A stretch of 61,405 nucleotides of DNA, counting the filler, from Aduncisulcus paluster (taxonomy: Eukaryota): NCBI GenBank assembly GCA_024181965.1. It is 3 parts of 3 records of this genome, joined end to end, with 100 filler letters (N's around TTAATTAATTAA, not from the genome) between each part and the next. Parts side by side here need not be neighbours in the genome. Positions count along the whole stretch, not along the records: positions 32,048 to 42,032 come from BQXS01013850.1; positions 42,133 to 61,405 come from BQXS01013852.1; 1 more part is not named here. One strand, 5' to 3'. This document shows, piece by piece, positions 33,271-45,100 of this stretch. Each line of letters opens with the position of its first letter. Position 1 is the first letter of the stretch. The notes under the pieces are model-generated. The model did no database searches, had not been told where the DNA came from, and saw only the letters and a program-made list of their open reading frames with translations. The translations under genes and the position numbers were made by a program.

Positions 33271-34383
33271 TTAATAAGCTCTGGCCACGTACCCCCAATA
33301 TTTTGCTGGCTTTCCTGTGATAAGACATTTGACCCCTTCTTCAGGCTGTTCTTCAGAAGCAAGGAATCCTCTAACCTCACCGCCAGTGAGTTCTCATCGT
33401 CAGCATCCTGACCATCAAAGCCCATTGAGAAGAAGGGAACACGTGCAAATCCTCCTTTCTTCTCGATAGCTTCTTTCACTTCTTCAATGGTCTCACAACA
33501 GGTCACACGGTCGGAGTGAAACTTGAATCCACGTTCCCTCAGTTTGACAAGCATCAAATCAAGCTCTTTCTTGACCTCCCAATCATATCTTCGTTCTTCA
33601 CAATGTGTTTGGCAGCCCTTCCACCTAATCTTGGAGCAAACATACTGCAGCCGTTCTTGACATCTCTGGGTCCAACCTCAATACGAAAGGGCACCCCTTT
33701 CATCTCCCAATGGAAGAATTTGGCACTCTGATCTGACCTGTCAAGAGTTGCACGAATACTGGCCTCCTGGAGATCTTTCATAATCTCTTTCTTCACAACG
33801 AGCAAAGACAACCTCAGAGTCCTTCTTCTTCATGATAATTGGAACAACAACGACCTGATAACAAGCAATGGCTGGAGGGAGGATGAAACCAGTGTCGTCA
33901 CCATGGACAGCAAGAGTGGCAGCAATGAGACGGGTACTAACACCATAGCAGGTCATCCACACATGCTGGAACTCATTCTTTTCATCTAAATACTTGATAT
34001 CACATGCCTTGGCGAATTTCTGACCAAGGTAGTGGGCACCAACAGTCTGCAAAACACAACCGCATGGCATAATTGTATCCATAACCTCACTGCACTCTCC
34101 ACCTCCAAAACGGTCCCAATCAGGTCTAGTCAACTTGACTATCTTGAAGATAAGTCCAGTAAAACCAAGAGTTTCTTCGATAACGCGTTTGTAACCAACC
34201 CAGGCCATCCGAAGGTTCTCGAGAGCATCCTTTTTGGTGGCGTGGCATGTGCCACATGAGCCCACAGTGTGGGCTTCATTCCAGGGAATTTCACGAAAAC
34301 GGATCAAGGGACGTGTGTTTTTGGTCTCATGACGATAAACGGAACATGTTTGGTGAACCTTAAGAGGAAGATCCCGGAAAGAG
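33271..34383 (-). pseudogene. proS: Prolyl-tRNA synthetase (archaeal-type), 5'-truncated and multiply frameshifted
   Basis: SFRDLPLKVHQTCSVYRHETKNTRPLIRFREIPWNEAHT, LQTVGAHYLGQKFAK, TCYGVSTRLIA, HGDDTGFILPP, WEMKGVPFRIEVGPRD, CLITGKPAKYWGYVARAY*. Frameshifts at ~33790, ~33580 and ~33392. Confidence 0.92.
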
Positions 34384-34407
34384 CAAGGAAAATATGAATC
34401 ATATTAT

Positions 34408-35295
34408 ATGATGGGGGGAGATGCGACCACTGAGAGTTTTTAAGTCGTCGATCACCTTGTGTACTTTGTCATCCACAGTGTTCAGGGGCTCCTTTTCACG
34501 AGTTAAGAGGTATCCAAGGAAGTAGAGAGAATCTACTCGTGTCATCAAACATAGGTGTGGAATCAATCATAGGAGTGTCATCAATCATAGGTCATCTTAG
34601 TTATGGTTGCTTTCTTGATCGAGTTGTTTTATGGGGGGGGGTTCTATGCCTAAAAATTGATGTTGTTAAATATTCGATGCACTTTATACAAAAAATCCTT
34701 GAATTCCAAGTCGAAATAAAATTTGCATAAGAAATATCCTTACTAAGTGTCTTTAATCGCTAAGAAATGGTCACCATTTAATGGTGGATTATCATACCCA
34801 AAGAAAAAGAACCCGAATAATTGCCACTTCTCAATATAAATCATAATTAATGATGGGGGGAGATGCGACCACTGAGAGTTTTTAAGTCGTCGATCACCTT
34901 GTGTACTTTGTCATCCACAGTGTTCAGGGGCTCCTTTTCACGAGTTAAGAGGTATCCAAGGAAGTAGAGAGAATCTACTCGTGTCATCAAACATAGGTGT
35001 GGAATCAATCATAGGAGTGTCATCAATCATAGGTCATCTTAGTTATGGTTGCTTTCTTGATCGAGTTGTTTTATGGGGGGGGGTTCTATGCCTAAAAATT
35101 GATGTTGTTAAATATTCGATGCACTTTATACAAAAAATCCTTGAATTCCAAGTCGAAATAAAATTTGCATAAGAAATATCCTTACTAAGTGTCTTTAATC
35201 GCTAAGAAATGGTCACCATTTAATGGTGGATTATCATACCCAAAGAAAAAGAACCCGAATAATTGCCACTTCTCAATATAAATCATAATTAATGA
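34408..35295. repeat. Exact 442-bp tandem duplication, non-coding
   Basis: Units start at 34408 and 34850. ATGA microhomology at the junction and at 35292-35295. No N gap. Confidence 0.92.
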
Positions 35296-35571
35296 AATCT
35301 ATTCCATTTACATACCTTCCTCTGTAAACATTGTTTGAATAAAGAATCCATGCTCTGTTCCTTCTCTTCAACTTCAGTATTTCGCCGAAATTGCCAATTT
35401 GGTCAGTGACCGTTTCGAAAATTTATTATGGTTGAAAGAATTTTGGAGAATTGGGAAGAAAAATAAAAAAGACACACAAACAAAAATACATAACTAAAAT
35501 TATGGATCGGATTCCCAACAACCCTGGCAAGTCATCATCCAAGAGCTAGAAGACAACAAACAACAGGACAA

Positions 35572-36782
35572 TTATTTGTAACCGAAAGGAACAAATGGCA
35601 TCTTGGCCACAGTAACAGGGACCATCTTCTTTCTCACCTGGATCATGAGTTTAGTTCCAACCTTGTTGTGTCCAATATTTACATGAGCTTCACCAATGGG
35701 TTTCTTCAAGCATGGTGAATAACCACCACTGGTAACAACACCGACACGGTGCTTTCCAGTGGCGTCATAGATCTTGGCACCATGTCTGGCTGGAGCTCCC
35801 TTATCAACAATGAATCCAACACGCTTCTTCAACACGCCGGAAGCAAGTTGTTCCTTGATGGTCTCATCACCAAGGAATCCTCCTTCCTTTCTCCTTCTCT
35901 TACTGATCAACCAAGTGAGACCAGCCTCGACGGGTGTTGTCAAGGTGGTGATATCATTTCCATACAAACAGAATCCACCTTCAAGACGGAGGGAGTCACG
36001 AGCACCAAGTCCGATAGGAAGAACTTCCTCTTCGTCCAAAAGGATACGAGCAATGAGCTCAGCGTGGATGGTGGGCACAGAGATCTCGAAACCATCCTCT
36101 CCAGTGTAACCACAACGAGTAACGTAACAAGGAATATCCATGATCCTTGACATACACTGACTCATGAATGGTTGCTTTGAGAGGTCGTAATCGACAAAAC
36201 GAGAGAGAACATCCTTGGCCTTAGGACCTTGCAGAGCAATGAGCTGACGTTCTTCAGAAATATCGGACATGGTTACATCCCATTCAGGATGCTCACACAA
36301 AGTTCTCTTCATGTGTTTGAGATCTTTTTCTTTACAGCCGGCATTAATAACGACGTAAAGGTATCCTTCACGCCTGGTGATCATGAGATCATCAATGATA
36401 CCTCCATCAGGAGTTGTAAGGACAGAAAGTTGAGTTTTGTTCATGGGAAGATGAGAAACATCAGCAACAGTAATAGCTTCCATGAATTTCTCACGATCGG
36501 GTCCAGCAACAAAAACTTGTCCCATGTGAGAAACATCGAATAAACCAGCAGATTCACGAGTATGAAGATGAGCTTTGGTAATGGGTTGGAACTTGACAGG
36601 CATTTCCCATCCACAAAATGGGACCATTTCTCCTCCCAATTCCTTATGTAATGAATTGAGAGCGGTTTTTTTCAGAGGCTACAACAAATGGATAAGGAGC
36701 CATTTCAACAAGAATAAAAGCAGAAAATTGGCATAAAACATACTTCAGAAGTTGAAAATAGACGAGAAAAATTGGAAATCAT
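35572..36782 (-). CDS. gcvT: Glycine cleavage system T protein (aminomethyltransferase); exons 36782-36744 and 36678-35572
   Basis: MVPFCGWEMP, GLFDVSHMGQ, GGIIDD, ALQGP, TRCGYTGEDGFEI, GLGARDSLRLEGG. Removing a 65-nt GTATGT..TAG intron (36743-36679) joins MISNFSRLFSTSE in frame to PLKKTAL. Confidence 0.96.
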
Positions 36783-37220
36783 TTATAATACCAGACAAAC
36801 ATGGCGAGTGAATCAGAAGAAAAAAAATGACGACAATTTATCTCTCGATTTTGCACGATATAATACTAATATTGCTATGCCATTTTATTTACAGGTTTTA
36901 TTCGTGGTTTTAGAACCCTAAACATGGATAAAAAAGAAATCCTAAATTTGTCCACTTATTAAATAGGATAAAAGTACTATATATCCAAAAGAATTTGTAC
37001 TTTTGGTTTTTAATATTTTTCTATTCTTCTATTATTGATATTATAGATCTATCTTGTTTTCAAAACATTTAAATTAAACAAGTTGTATAAGTATGTTTCT
37101 GCTCGTTTGCTGTCCGGATTATTTTATACCGATCAAATTGACGTTTTAATCTTCTGTTTTTGTGATTTATTTCCCCATAAAATTCCATTTCTGATTTAGC
37201 TACGCTTTCCATTTATAACA

Positions 37221-40200
37221 ATGTCATTACCACTCGATTATAAATATATTTCTGAACTCAAAACGCTACGAAAAGAAATTAAATGTACAATGGATAGAAT
37301 ATCAGTGACATCCCTGTTCGAAAGGTCTTTCCTCCGTATCAAGGAAATATTTGATGAATTTTCAGGATCCTCCGAGAGTATCCTCTCACACAGAGATCTT
37401 TTCACTCTTTGCTTTGAGTGTTTATCATTATTTATACGGCATAGAGTCGATGCGTCCGAAGAATCTATGTTTCTTGCCTGTGATGAGAAAAAAAGAGAAA
37501 TTGAAAAGAAAGAGAAAGAAGAGGAAGAAAAAGAAGAGAAAGGATTTGAAAATGATGGTACCAAGGATGATGAAATTATGATTATTCGTTCAATATGCCC
37601 CATCTCTTTGTTTGTCCATTCTTTGTTTGAACCTATCCTTCGAGTTGAGTCTGTTCTTGGGGAATGGTCTTCTTCAGAAGACTCAAAAGAACCAGATCGT
37701 TACGACAACGGAGAATCTTTGGGAAAGGGAAGAAGAAGAAGAAGAAGACCAACGAGTTGGAAAGAGAAGAATCCTAAACTCTCCTCCAAGACCAATATCC
37801 AAGACAACACCCTGTTCCTCAACAACTTTGACGAACACTGACGACGTTATTGACGACACTAATGCTGTTTCTGCAACTAAATTAATAATGAAAGTCAAAG
37901 CAAGTGGGAAAAGAAGAAAAGAAGTTTCCCCAATTACAAGCGCGTTATTTAGAATCATTAATGGTTATGTTCTATCAATATCAACCCCAAGATATGATAT
38001 AATCGCTACAAAGATACTTCCTCTTCTTTCTAAAGTATTTTTTCTTGGAGAATCTGAAACGGAAATGTTTGAAAATTCTTTAGTTGAAGATATCATTGAG
38101 ATTTGTCAGAAAATCTTATGTTGGCAAACTAACGTGCAGAAAGGTTTCGAAAAGGAAAACTTACTTCGAGATGCTCTATTCACAATTATTCTCCCTCATA
38201 TCTTACCTTGGATGAAGAAGTACCCTGGGAATAACAAGAAGTTCATGTTTGTTTGGGTAGATATCTTGAATCGGATTACCGTAGAATATCGAGTTCATTA
38301 CCATCGGCAGAGGGATTCAATGGATGTTTACCCCCTGGAAGAGTACTGCTCACAGATTTGGTTCATGTTCCATCCTGTGATGGAGTTAATCAAAGATATT
38401 ATTTTTATTGGATCTGCGAAGGAAGGAAAAGAGCTTGCTGAGAGTCATGTTGTTATGAAGCGTGAAAAATTAAATTTGTCTCATTGTGTATCTCTTCTTT
38501 TCAACTTGAGTTGCATTCCTGCCCAAGCAATCGAAATTCATACGTGTCTTATGGCAGATAGACTTCTTGAGCGTATCTTTGAAGTTTTTAGATCTAAAAT
38601 TCATAAAGAAAAAGAGGCCAATGATTGTCTTGACAATTGGTGTAAACTTGTATCTATGCTTTCCATGGTTCCATCTCTTGTTCCTCAGCTTTCGCCTAAG
38701 TTTGATGATGCTATGGAATGGTGCAAACAGAATGGTCGATGTTATCGGAAACATTTTGCTCAATATGTTGGTAATTGTGTATGCCATCTTCCAGACCCCC
38801 AGAAGGACCTGAAGAGCTTGAAGAAATGGTTTGATGTTCTTGGTGAGATCCAGCAATGTGAAGATAATTCAACTCTATCAAAACTCTATCAAGAACATAA
38901 ACCAGCCATTTTAACTATATTTCTTGCATGCCAATCCAAGAGTGAGATTGACGAACATAAGTTGGAGATTATTTTATGTATCCAATGTTTGATTAATTTC
39001 CTGAAAGTTTACATTGAAGATGGGTATATTTACTTGCCGAGTGCCGATATTAATGATTTTTACGATACCTTTTTGGATCATTTTTCAAGATTTGAGAAAG
39101 AACTTGATGATGGGCTCATAGATGAGGAATATTGTTTGATTTGCTCCGAATTTTCTTCAGAAATATTCCATTTTGGGACTTTTCTTGAGAAAGTATCCCC
39201 ATCTGTAGCCCGTATTCTTGCGAGAGGTTGTAGGTATCGGTTCGGTGGAGATATTGCGCCAAAACTATTGAAATCCCTTTATTGGGCCAATCACAGACCA
39301 AGAAACGATAAAACTCTGATTCTTTCTCTTGTAAAAACATATTTCAAAGATTGGTTACGATTGTATTGTGACGATAGATCCTGTTTTAACTCAATGACAG
39401 GGCTGTTGAGTGAACTCCCATGCTCTGAAAATGATCAGATGCGTGAACTATGGCATTTATTAATGCATCCTTTCATTTATGCTGTTAAAAAGCAGTTTGA
39501 TGGAGGCTTGGTGCTTGTCGAAAGTGAACATCTCCTTTGGGTTTTCGCGACCATGTCATTCGATAACGAACATGCCATTGAAGTTTTTGATAACATTGAA
39601 GGGCTTCTCGAAGGCTTTTTTGGAGAAATTCAAAGAGATGATCTTCACTGGGGTATTCAATTGTGGGTTATTCTTATTCAAAATTTCTCCACTTTCCCAT
39701 CTTTGATTCCTCGATTATCTCCCAAATTCGATGATTCCGTGGATTATTGTAGGTTTCAGGATGATCTTTCAAACATTCCAAAATATTATGACAATGTTTC
39801 CAAATATATTTCAACCACATTCCCTAATGTTGTTTCCTCGATGATTTCATTTTATTACCCAAGTTTCATCCGCTCTATGCCTATGGTTAGTATGATTCCT
39901 TCCATTGAAACGACTTTATCTCCCGATTCTGACGGATTTTTGTATTATGCTTCTCACATCTATTCTGGAATGGAAATTGTACGAACTTTTAAGAAACAAT
40001 CTGAAGACTTGTACTACAATATTATCACTGGGGAAGCATTTAAGTGCTATAAATGTATCCAAAGGGGATCATTGTGTTGTTCTTTGGAAGAGGAAGAAGA
40101 AGGAAAGGTAAAGGGAAAAGATTATTCTTCATCTTCAGAGCCAAATCATAGGAAAGGTCTTATTCCACCTTCTTCTCTTATCCAATACACTTCTCCTCCC

Positions 40201-40308
40201 CAACACATGCTTGTTAAGATGCCATTTGATGATGAGAGATCCTTGAGACAATCTGTGTATGATCTGATTGAACGCACAGGTGGAGGTGTTGAAGTGATGT
40301 TTGAATAG
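37221..40308 (+). CDS. Distant member of the ARM-like repeat family with two repeat arrays and no kinase; split by a frameshift at ~37660-37840
   Basis: WFMFHPV, WCKLVSMLSMVPSLVPQLSPKFDDAMEWCK, SKLYQEHK..IL.IFLACQSKSEIDEHK.EI match the 479 gene's repeats. ORF2 is in the +1 frame relative to ORF1. Confidence 0.7.
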
Positions 40309-40745
40309 GGATCTGGAGAAGAAGAAGAAGAATCCGATATTTCTGAAGAAGCTTCAGCTCAGCTTGGACTATTTCCCACCCTACATTTGTTTTGAACACA
40401 AGAAGTAGGAGGCCTATCCTTTGGGAAAAGTTTATATTTTATTAATTTTATTTAATCACAGTTAAAATAAACCGCCATGGCTCACTGAGCTTTGGCAAAA
40501 ACAAAAAATGCCGCGAAAGACTCTTTCAGATCGATCTAGATGCTTTGATAATGTCGTTCGGAGGTTCTACCGAACCGTTCATTCATTGGCTCCGACAATT
40601 TTTAACCGAATCCACTCTATTCGGAATATCTATCTCTCATCGAGTTTTGCCTGCAATTGGGGATATCCCTATAGTTTTGTAGATTTATTTGTGAATATTC
40701 ATCCATTATTAATTGTATCTTCGATGTATATCTGTTAAATTCTGA

Positions 40746-41279
40746 ATGAGAATCATCGGGAAGGTTATTGTTAATAATGGTCATGATTCTGAAAACATTT
40801 TCACTGGTCCCTATCCTGTAGGCCACAGTGCTATATCCGAAATAGATATTCCGAGAGCTCATGCTGATATTTATATGACTTCTCCTGAATTTTTCTTAGA
40901 TTTCTTGAAAGGTGAATATTTTATATATTTTTTCCCAAATATGCATCTTCCATTCCTCAAACCGCATATTTTAAGTAAGTTTCTTATTAGTCATGATAGT
41001 TGGCCCACAGGAATCAAAGATTTTGATGCCACATTCACAACGTCTGATGGAAGGAAGATTACAAGGGAATATCAAATGGCTAAGTTGCCTCAAAGGTGTT
41101 ATTTCTGGATAGAGTTCCCAATTGGGATTGATAATGTCATTTCTTGTGATATCCGTGTTATATCATCGTGGGATGGAGAGCAAGAAGAAATTTGTCTGTA
41201 TAGAATTTGTTTTATTATTAATACCGAGGGCGAAGAAAGATACGCAGCTGAACAACAAATCATGGCACCATGGAAATGA
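40746..41279 (+). CDS. Hypothetical 177-aa protein, probably beta-rich
   Basis: ATG-started ORF with alternating-hydrophobic strands (FDATFTTSDG, FWIEFPIGIDNVISCDIRV). No family recognised with certainty. Confidence 0.55.
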   Translation: MRIIGKVIVNNGHDSENIFTGPYPVGHSAISEIDIPRAHADIYMTSPEFFLDFLKGEYFIYFFPNMHLPFLKPHILSKFLISHDSWPTGIKDFDATFTTSDGRKITREYQMAKLPQRCYFWIEFPIGIDNVISCDIRVISSWDGEQEEICLYRICFIINTEGEERYAAEQQIMAPWK

Positions 41280-41690
41280 CTGGATTGTAAGTGATTGTGG
41301 CTCTAGGATGAAAATCTTACCAAGAGATCAAATAAAGCCATCAAGGAATAAAACGTGTACAAAAATAACATACTGGATTCATCCAGCACTGTTTGCTGAG
41401 AATTACTTCAATCAGATTTGGCTGTTAATACTGTTAACTCAGTTAACTGGCAGTTATGGATTAAATTTAGAAAATTTAGAAAAGGCGATTTGCAAGCTCA
41501 ATAGAAATTTTTGAGGGGAAATTTGTCTGTAAAATTAATTAAAAACACAATATCAATAAGAAATAGCAAAAAGTAGAAGAAAATGATGAGTCTTGAACAA
41601 GAACTTTGAGACAATTGCATCCTGATTCACGAGAAACTGGAGGAAAAGCGACGGAAAGAAGGAGAAGGGGAAGAACAATATAAAGAAGGA

Positions 41691-42032
41691 ATGAGCAAAG
41701 AAGGGGGCGATTCACAGGATACTCGGGTGAAAGGAAGAGACAATCGCTCACTTATTCGTGATCTTCAACTTCATCCTTCGGTTCTTACCGGCGCTACCGG
41801 TGAAATGGACATGATCGTTGAAAAAACAATCAAAGTCGCCATTCATATTATTTCGAACATGTACATTGAGGGAACTCAACCGTCGTTATTGTCCACTCTG
41901 CGATCATGTGTATCTGATCTCTGCAAGGAGATATGCTGGGTTGTTTCAAAGGATTTCGATCAGACAAAGTTGCTCAGATCTCTAAAATCTGCAATATCTG
42001 GAAGAAACATTAGGGAATCTATTCCATTTACA
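41691..42032 (+). CDS. 3'-partial hypothetical protein
   Basis: ATG-started ORF open to the scaffold end. Confidence 0.4.
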
Positions 42033-42132
42033 NNNNNNNNNNNNNNNNNNNNNNNNNNNNNNNNNNNNNNNNNNNNTTAATTAATTAANNNNNNNNNNNN
42101 NNNNNNNNNNNNNNNNNNNNNNNNNNNNNNNN
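42033..42132. other. Artificial scaffold spacer (N-TTAATTAATTAA-N)
   Basis: Same construct as 31948-32047. Confidence 0.95.
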
Positions 42133-45100
42133 GTAACAACGGATATTGTGATGAATCAGCAGGAAAATGTGTGTGTAATGATGGATTTGAAGGCTCTATT
42201 TGTGAAAATCTCGATGTTTACCCCCTTGAAAAATATATTTGTGTTGAACTTTCCAAGGGTAATTCTTCAAATGTCACTCTTGAAGAAGGAACGACTATTG
42301 ATTGTACTGACTATGAAATCAAAAGTTCTGAGCTTCAGTACATCACTGCCCTTAACTTGTCTTCCTCTGGTATCACTAATCTTGATGGATTGAGGTTTTT
42401 TACAAAGCTTACTGAACTCAATGTGGATAATCTCGAGTTTTCTGATGATGCTATTTCTTCTTATTCACTTTCAGAAATATCAAATTTATCAGAACTGAAT
42501 ACATTTTCAGCCAACAACACAAATATTGATGTGAGTACGGCTATATCGAATCTTCCATTGCTAAGTATTGAAGTTTTGTCGTTATGCAATGTTAATGTTC
42601 TATCTGATACCGATTTTTCTGGGTTTGCATCCTTGTCTGAGCTCTATCTCTCTGATAATCTTAACTTTTCCATTTCTCCATCTTCTTCCCTTCCTTCCAC
42701 TCTCACTGCATTGTCCATTGACGGATGTTCTTCTTCCTCCCATGATCTGTCTGGATTACCGACTTCATTGATATATCTTAGTGCAAATGACTGTGGTCTT
42801 TTGGATTCTGATTTGTTTGATATTTGTTCTCTTCCCAATTTGACAACACTCTCCTTGACGGACAATGAACTCACAGATATTTCTTTGTTGTTCCGTCTGC
42901 CTGCCCTTGTGTCTTTGGATCTATTGGGGAACAAGCTCTGTAGTGTAAATGATACCTTGTTCGAGTCATCCTTTGAACTTTCTGGGGATATCACGATCAA
43001 TGTTGGCAATAATACAACGGATCTCGATGATCAAGATGAATCTTTTTGTGCCAATTGTGATTCATTATCTGATTATTCTTCAAATTTTGTCTGCAAAGAG
43101 CTCTGGGATGGGGAATTCAGTATAGATTGTGCTTTGAATAGTTTCCGTGACTTAAATTATGATTCACTGGTGTGTTCATTGATTGTAAATGCTTCTTGGC
43201 CTGAATGTCTCACTGATATCTCATCAAATCACAATGTTCAATGTATTCTTGAGTCTGATCAATCCGATCTATCGACTAACTGTGTTTCTGGGTGGTATGG
43301 TGAAGACTGTGACATTGAATGTCCTCTCTATAATGGAGAAATATGTAATGATTCCTCCAAGAATGATCTGTGTAATATCTCAACTCATGAGTGCGAATGT
43401 GATGGAACTGAATTCTATGGGAATGCATGTCAATATGTTTCAATTCCTGATTCTAGCCTTCTCGAATCACTCTGTTCTCTCGTTGATGAGAATAATTCTG
43501 CCGATTGTGACCTCACTGTTGATAACCTTTACAGTCTTTCCTCTGGCAGTGAAGACTGTCTGAACTTGAGTGGACAAGGGATATCAGATCTCTCTGGTAT
43601 TGAATTAATAGGAGATATTACATGCATTGATCTTAGCGATAATCCCTTACTCTCTGATATCTCTCAGCTTAATTATCTCTCTCAGAACCTATGTGATCTC
43701 AATATTTCTGGGACAAATGTGTCTTCTCTTGACCAAATTTCAAATGTAACCGTTTCACTGACTTCTATTGATATTAGCAACACTAACATTGATATTTCAA
43801 ATGATATTGAATTGTTTGGTGAGGATTTGACGGAGATCGTTGCAAGTGGGCTTGACTTGACAGATTTGTTGTGGGTTTCTGAACTCGATTCGCTTCAATA
43901 CCTTGATGTTAGTGACAACCTTATTTCAGATCCAACTCCATTATTCTCCCTTGAAGATACACTTGTTTATGTTGATCTCAGTGGAAATTCTATAATTGGA
44001 CTTGAGAAAGATAGCTCTATACTTGATTTTGCAGAAGTTTTTGCCAATCTTGATCCAAATGATATTGATTCTTCGGATAATCCATCTGAACCAGAATGTG
44101 ATAGTATGAATGTTGATGTGAGCAAAGGTATCTTATGCACAAAAGATGGTTCAGGAAACTGGATTCTGGAGTGTTCCAGCACATCGTATCGTGATGTATC
44201 TGTTACTTTTGCTGAGTATATGTCTGATTCAACGCTGAGTCCTTGTATTTTGATTGATAATGCAGTCGATCCCGTCTTGTACTCGCAATGTTCCTCACTT
44301 TACCCTGATGACGATCATAAAGCATGCATTGGAATAGGGACGGAGTATTCTGTTGATGTTATATCTATCGAATGCTCAGAAGGATGGTATGGGACTGATT
44401 GTGACTCCGAATGTCCTGTTGATGAGTATGGAACTGTATGTGGAAAGAATGGAACGTGTGACAAAGAAATTCATTTATGTTCTTGTTCTTCTGAGTTTTC
44501 CGGTGATGTTTGTCAAAATGAATCTGGGAAACTTCTTTGTTCACTAGACATGGATCCTAATCTGCTCGTTGTGATTTGTGAAGTAATTCAGAATGAAACC
44601 GAATCAGCGGAATCCTCTTGTTCTGATGAGAGTGTACTTTCCTCGCTGACTGTGGATGATCTCTCCACCATCACATCTCTCACCATCCCAACCACCGTGT
44701 CTTCCCTCTCAGGGCTTGAATATGCCGAGCACCTTGAGATCCTTTCGTTTGACCCTGGAAATGCTCTCATCTCCGATCTATCGCCCATTGCATCCTTATC
44801 TTCGTTGTATGTGCTTGAGCTTGATTCGCTTGAAAACATGGATGTATCACTTCTGAGCACATTGACGGATGCTGTCGGTGTTCTGAAGATGGATCTTGAG
44901 TCTGACACTTCACGCTGGAATGGAACGTCTGAATCGTACTGTGTTGGTCTGTGCTCGTTGCGTTCCTTGGAGATCAGTGGAAATGATGATTCCATTGGTT
45001 CTGATCTGTCATCATTCACTTCTTTGCTGAACAACATTGCCATGTGCAGTGGTCAGTGTGTCAGCAGCTATGATGATGGAACGAAAGTGTATCCATTGTC

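Noticed and set aside
36690..36702. TCCTTAT in the gcvT intron as a U12 branch site
   Set aside because: The donor is GTATGT, not the U12 RTATCCTT consensus.
37721..37727. G_GGA_AAG as a -1 ribosomal slippery site
   Set aside because: The -1 frame stops within ~18 codons; the long downstream ORF is in the +1 frame.
31948..42132. TTAATTAATTAA palindromes as biological sites, and gene linkage across them
   Set aside because: Artificial concatenation spacers; neighbours across them are not linked.
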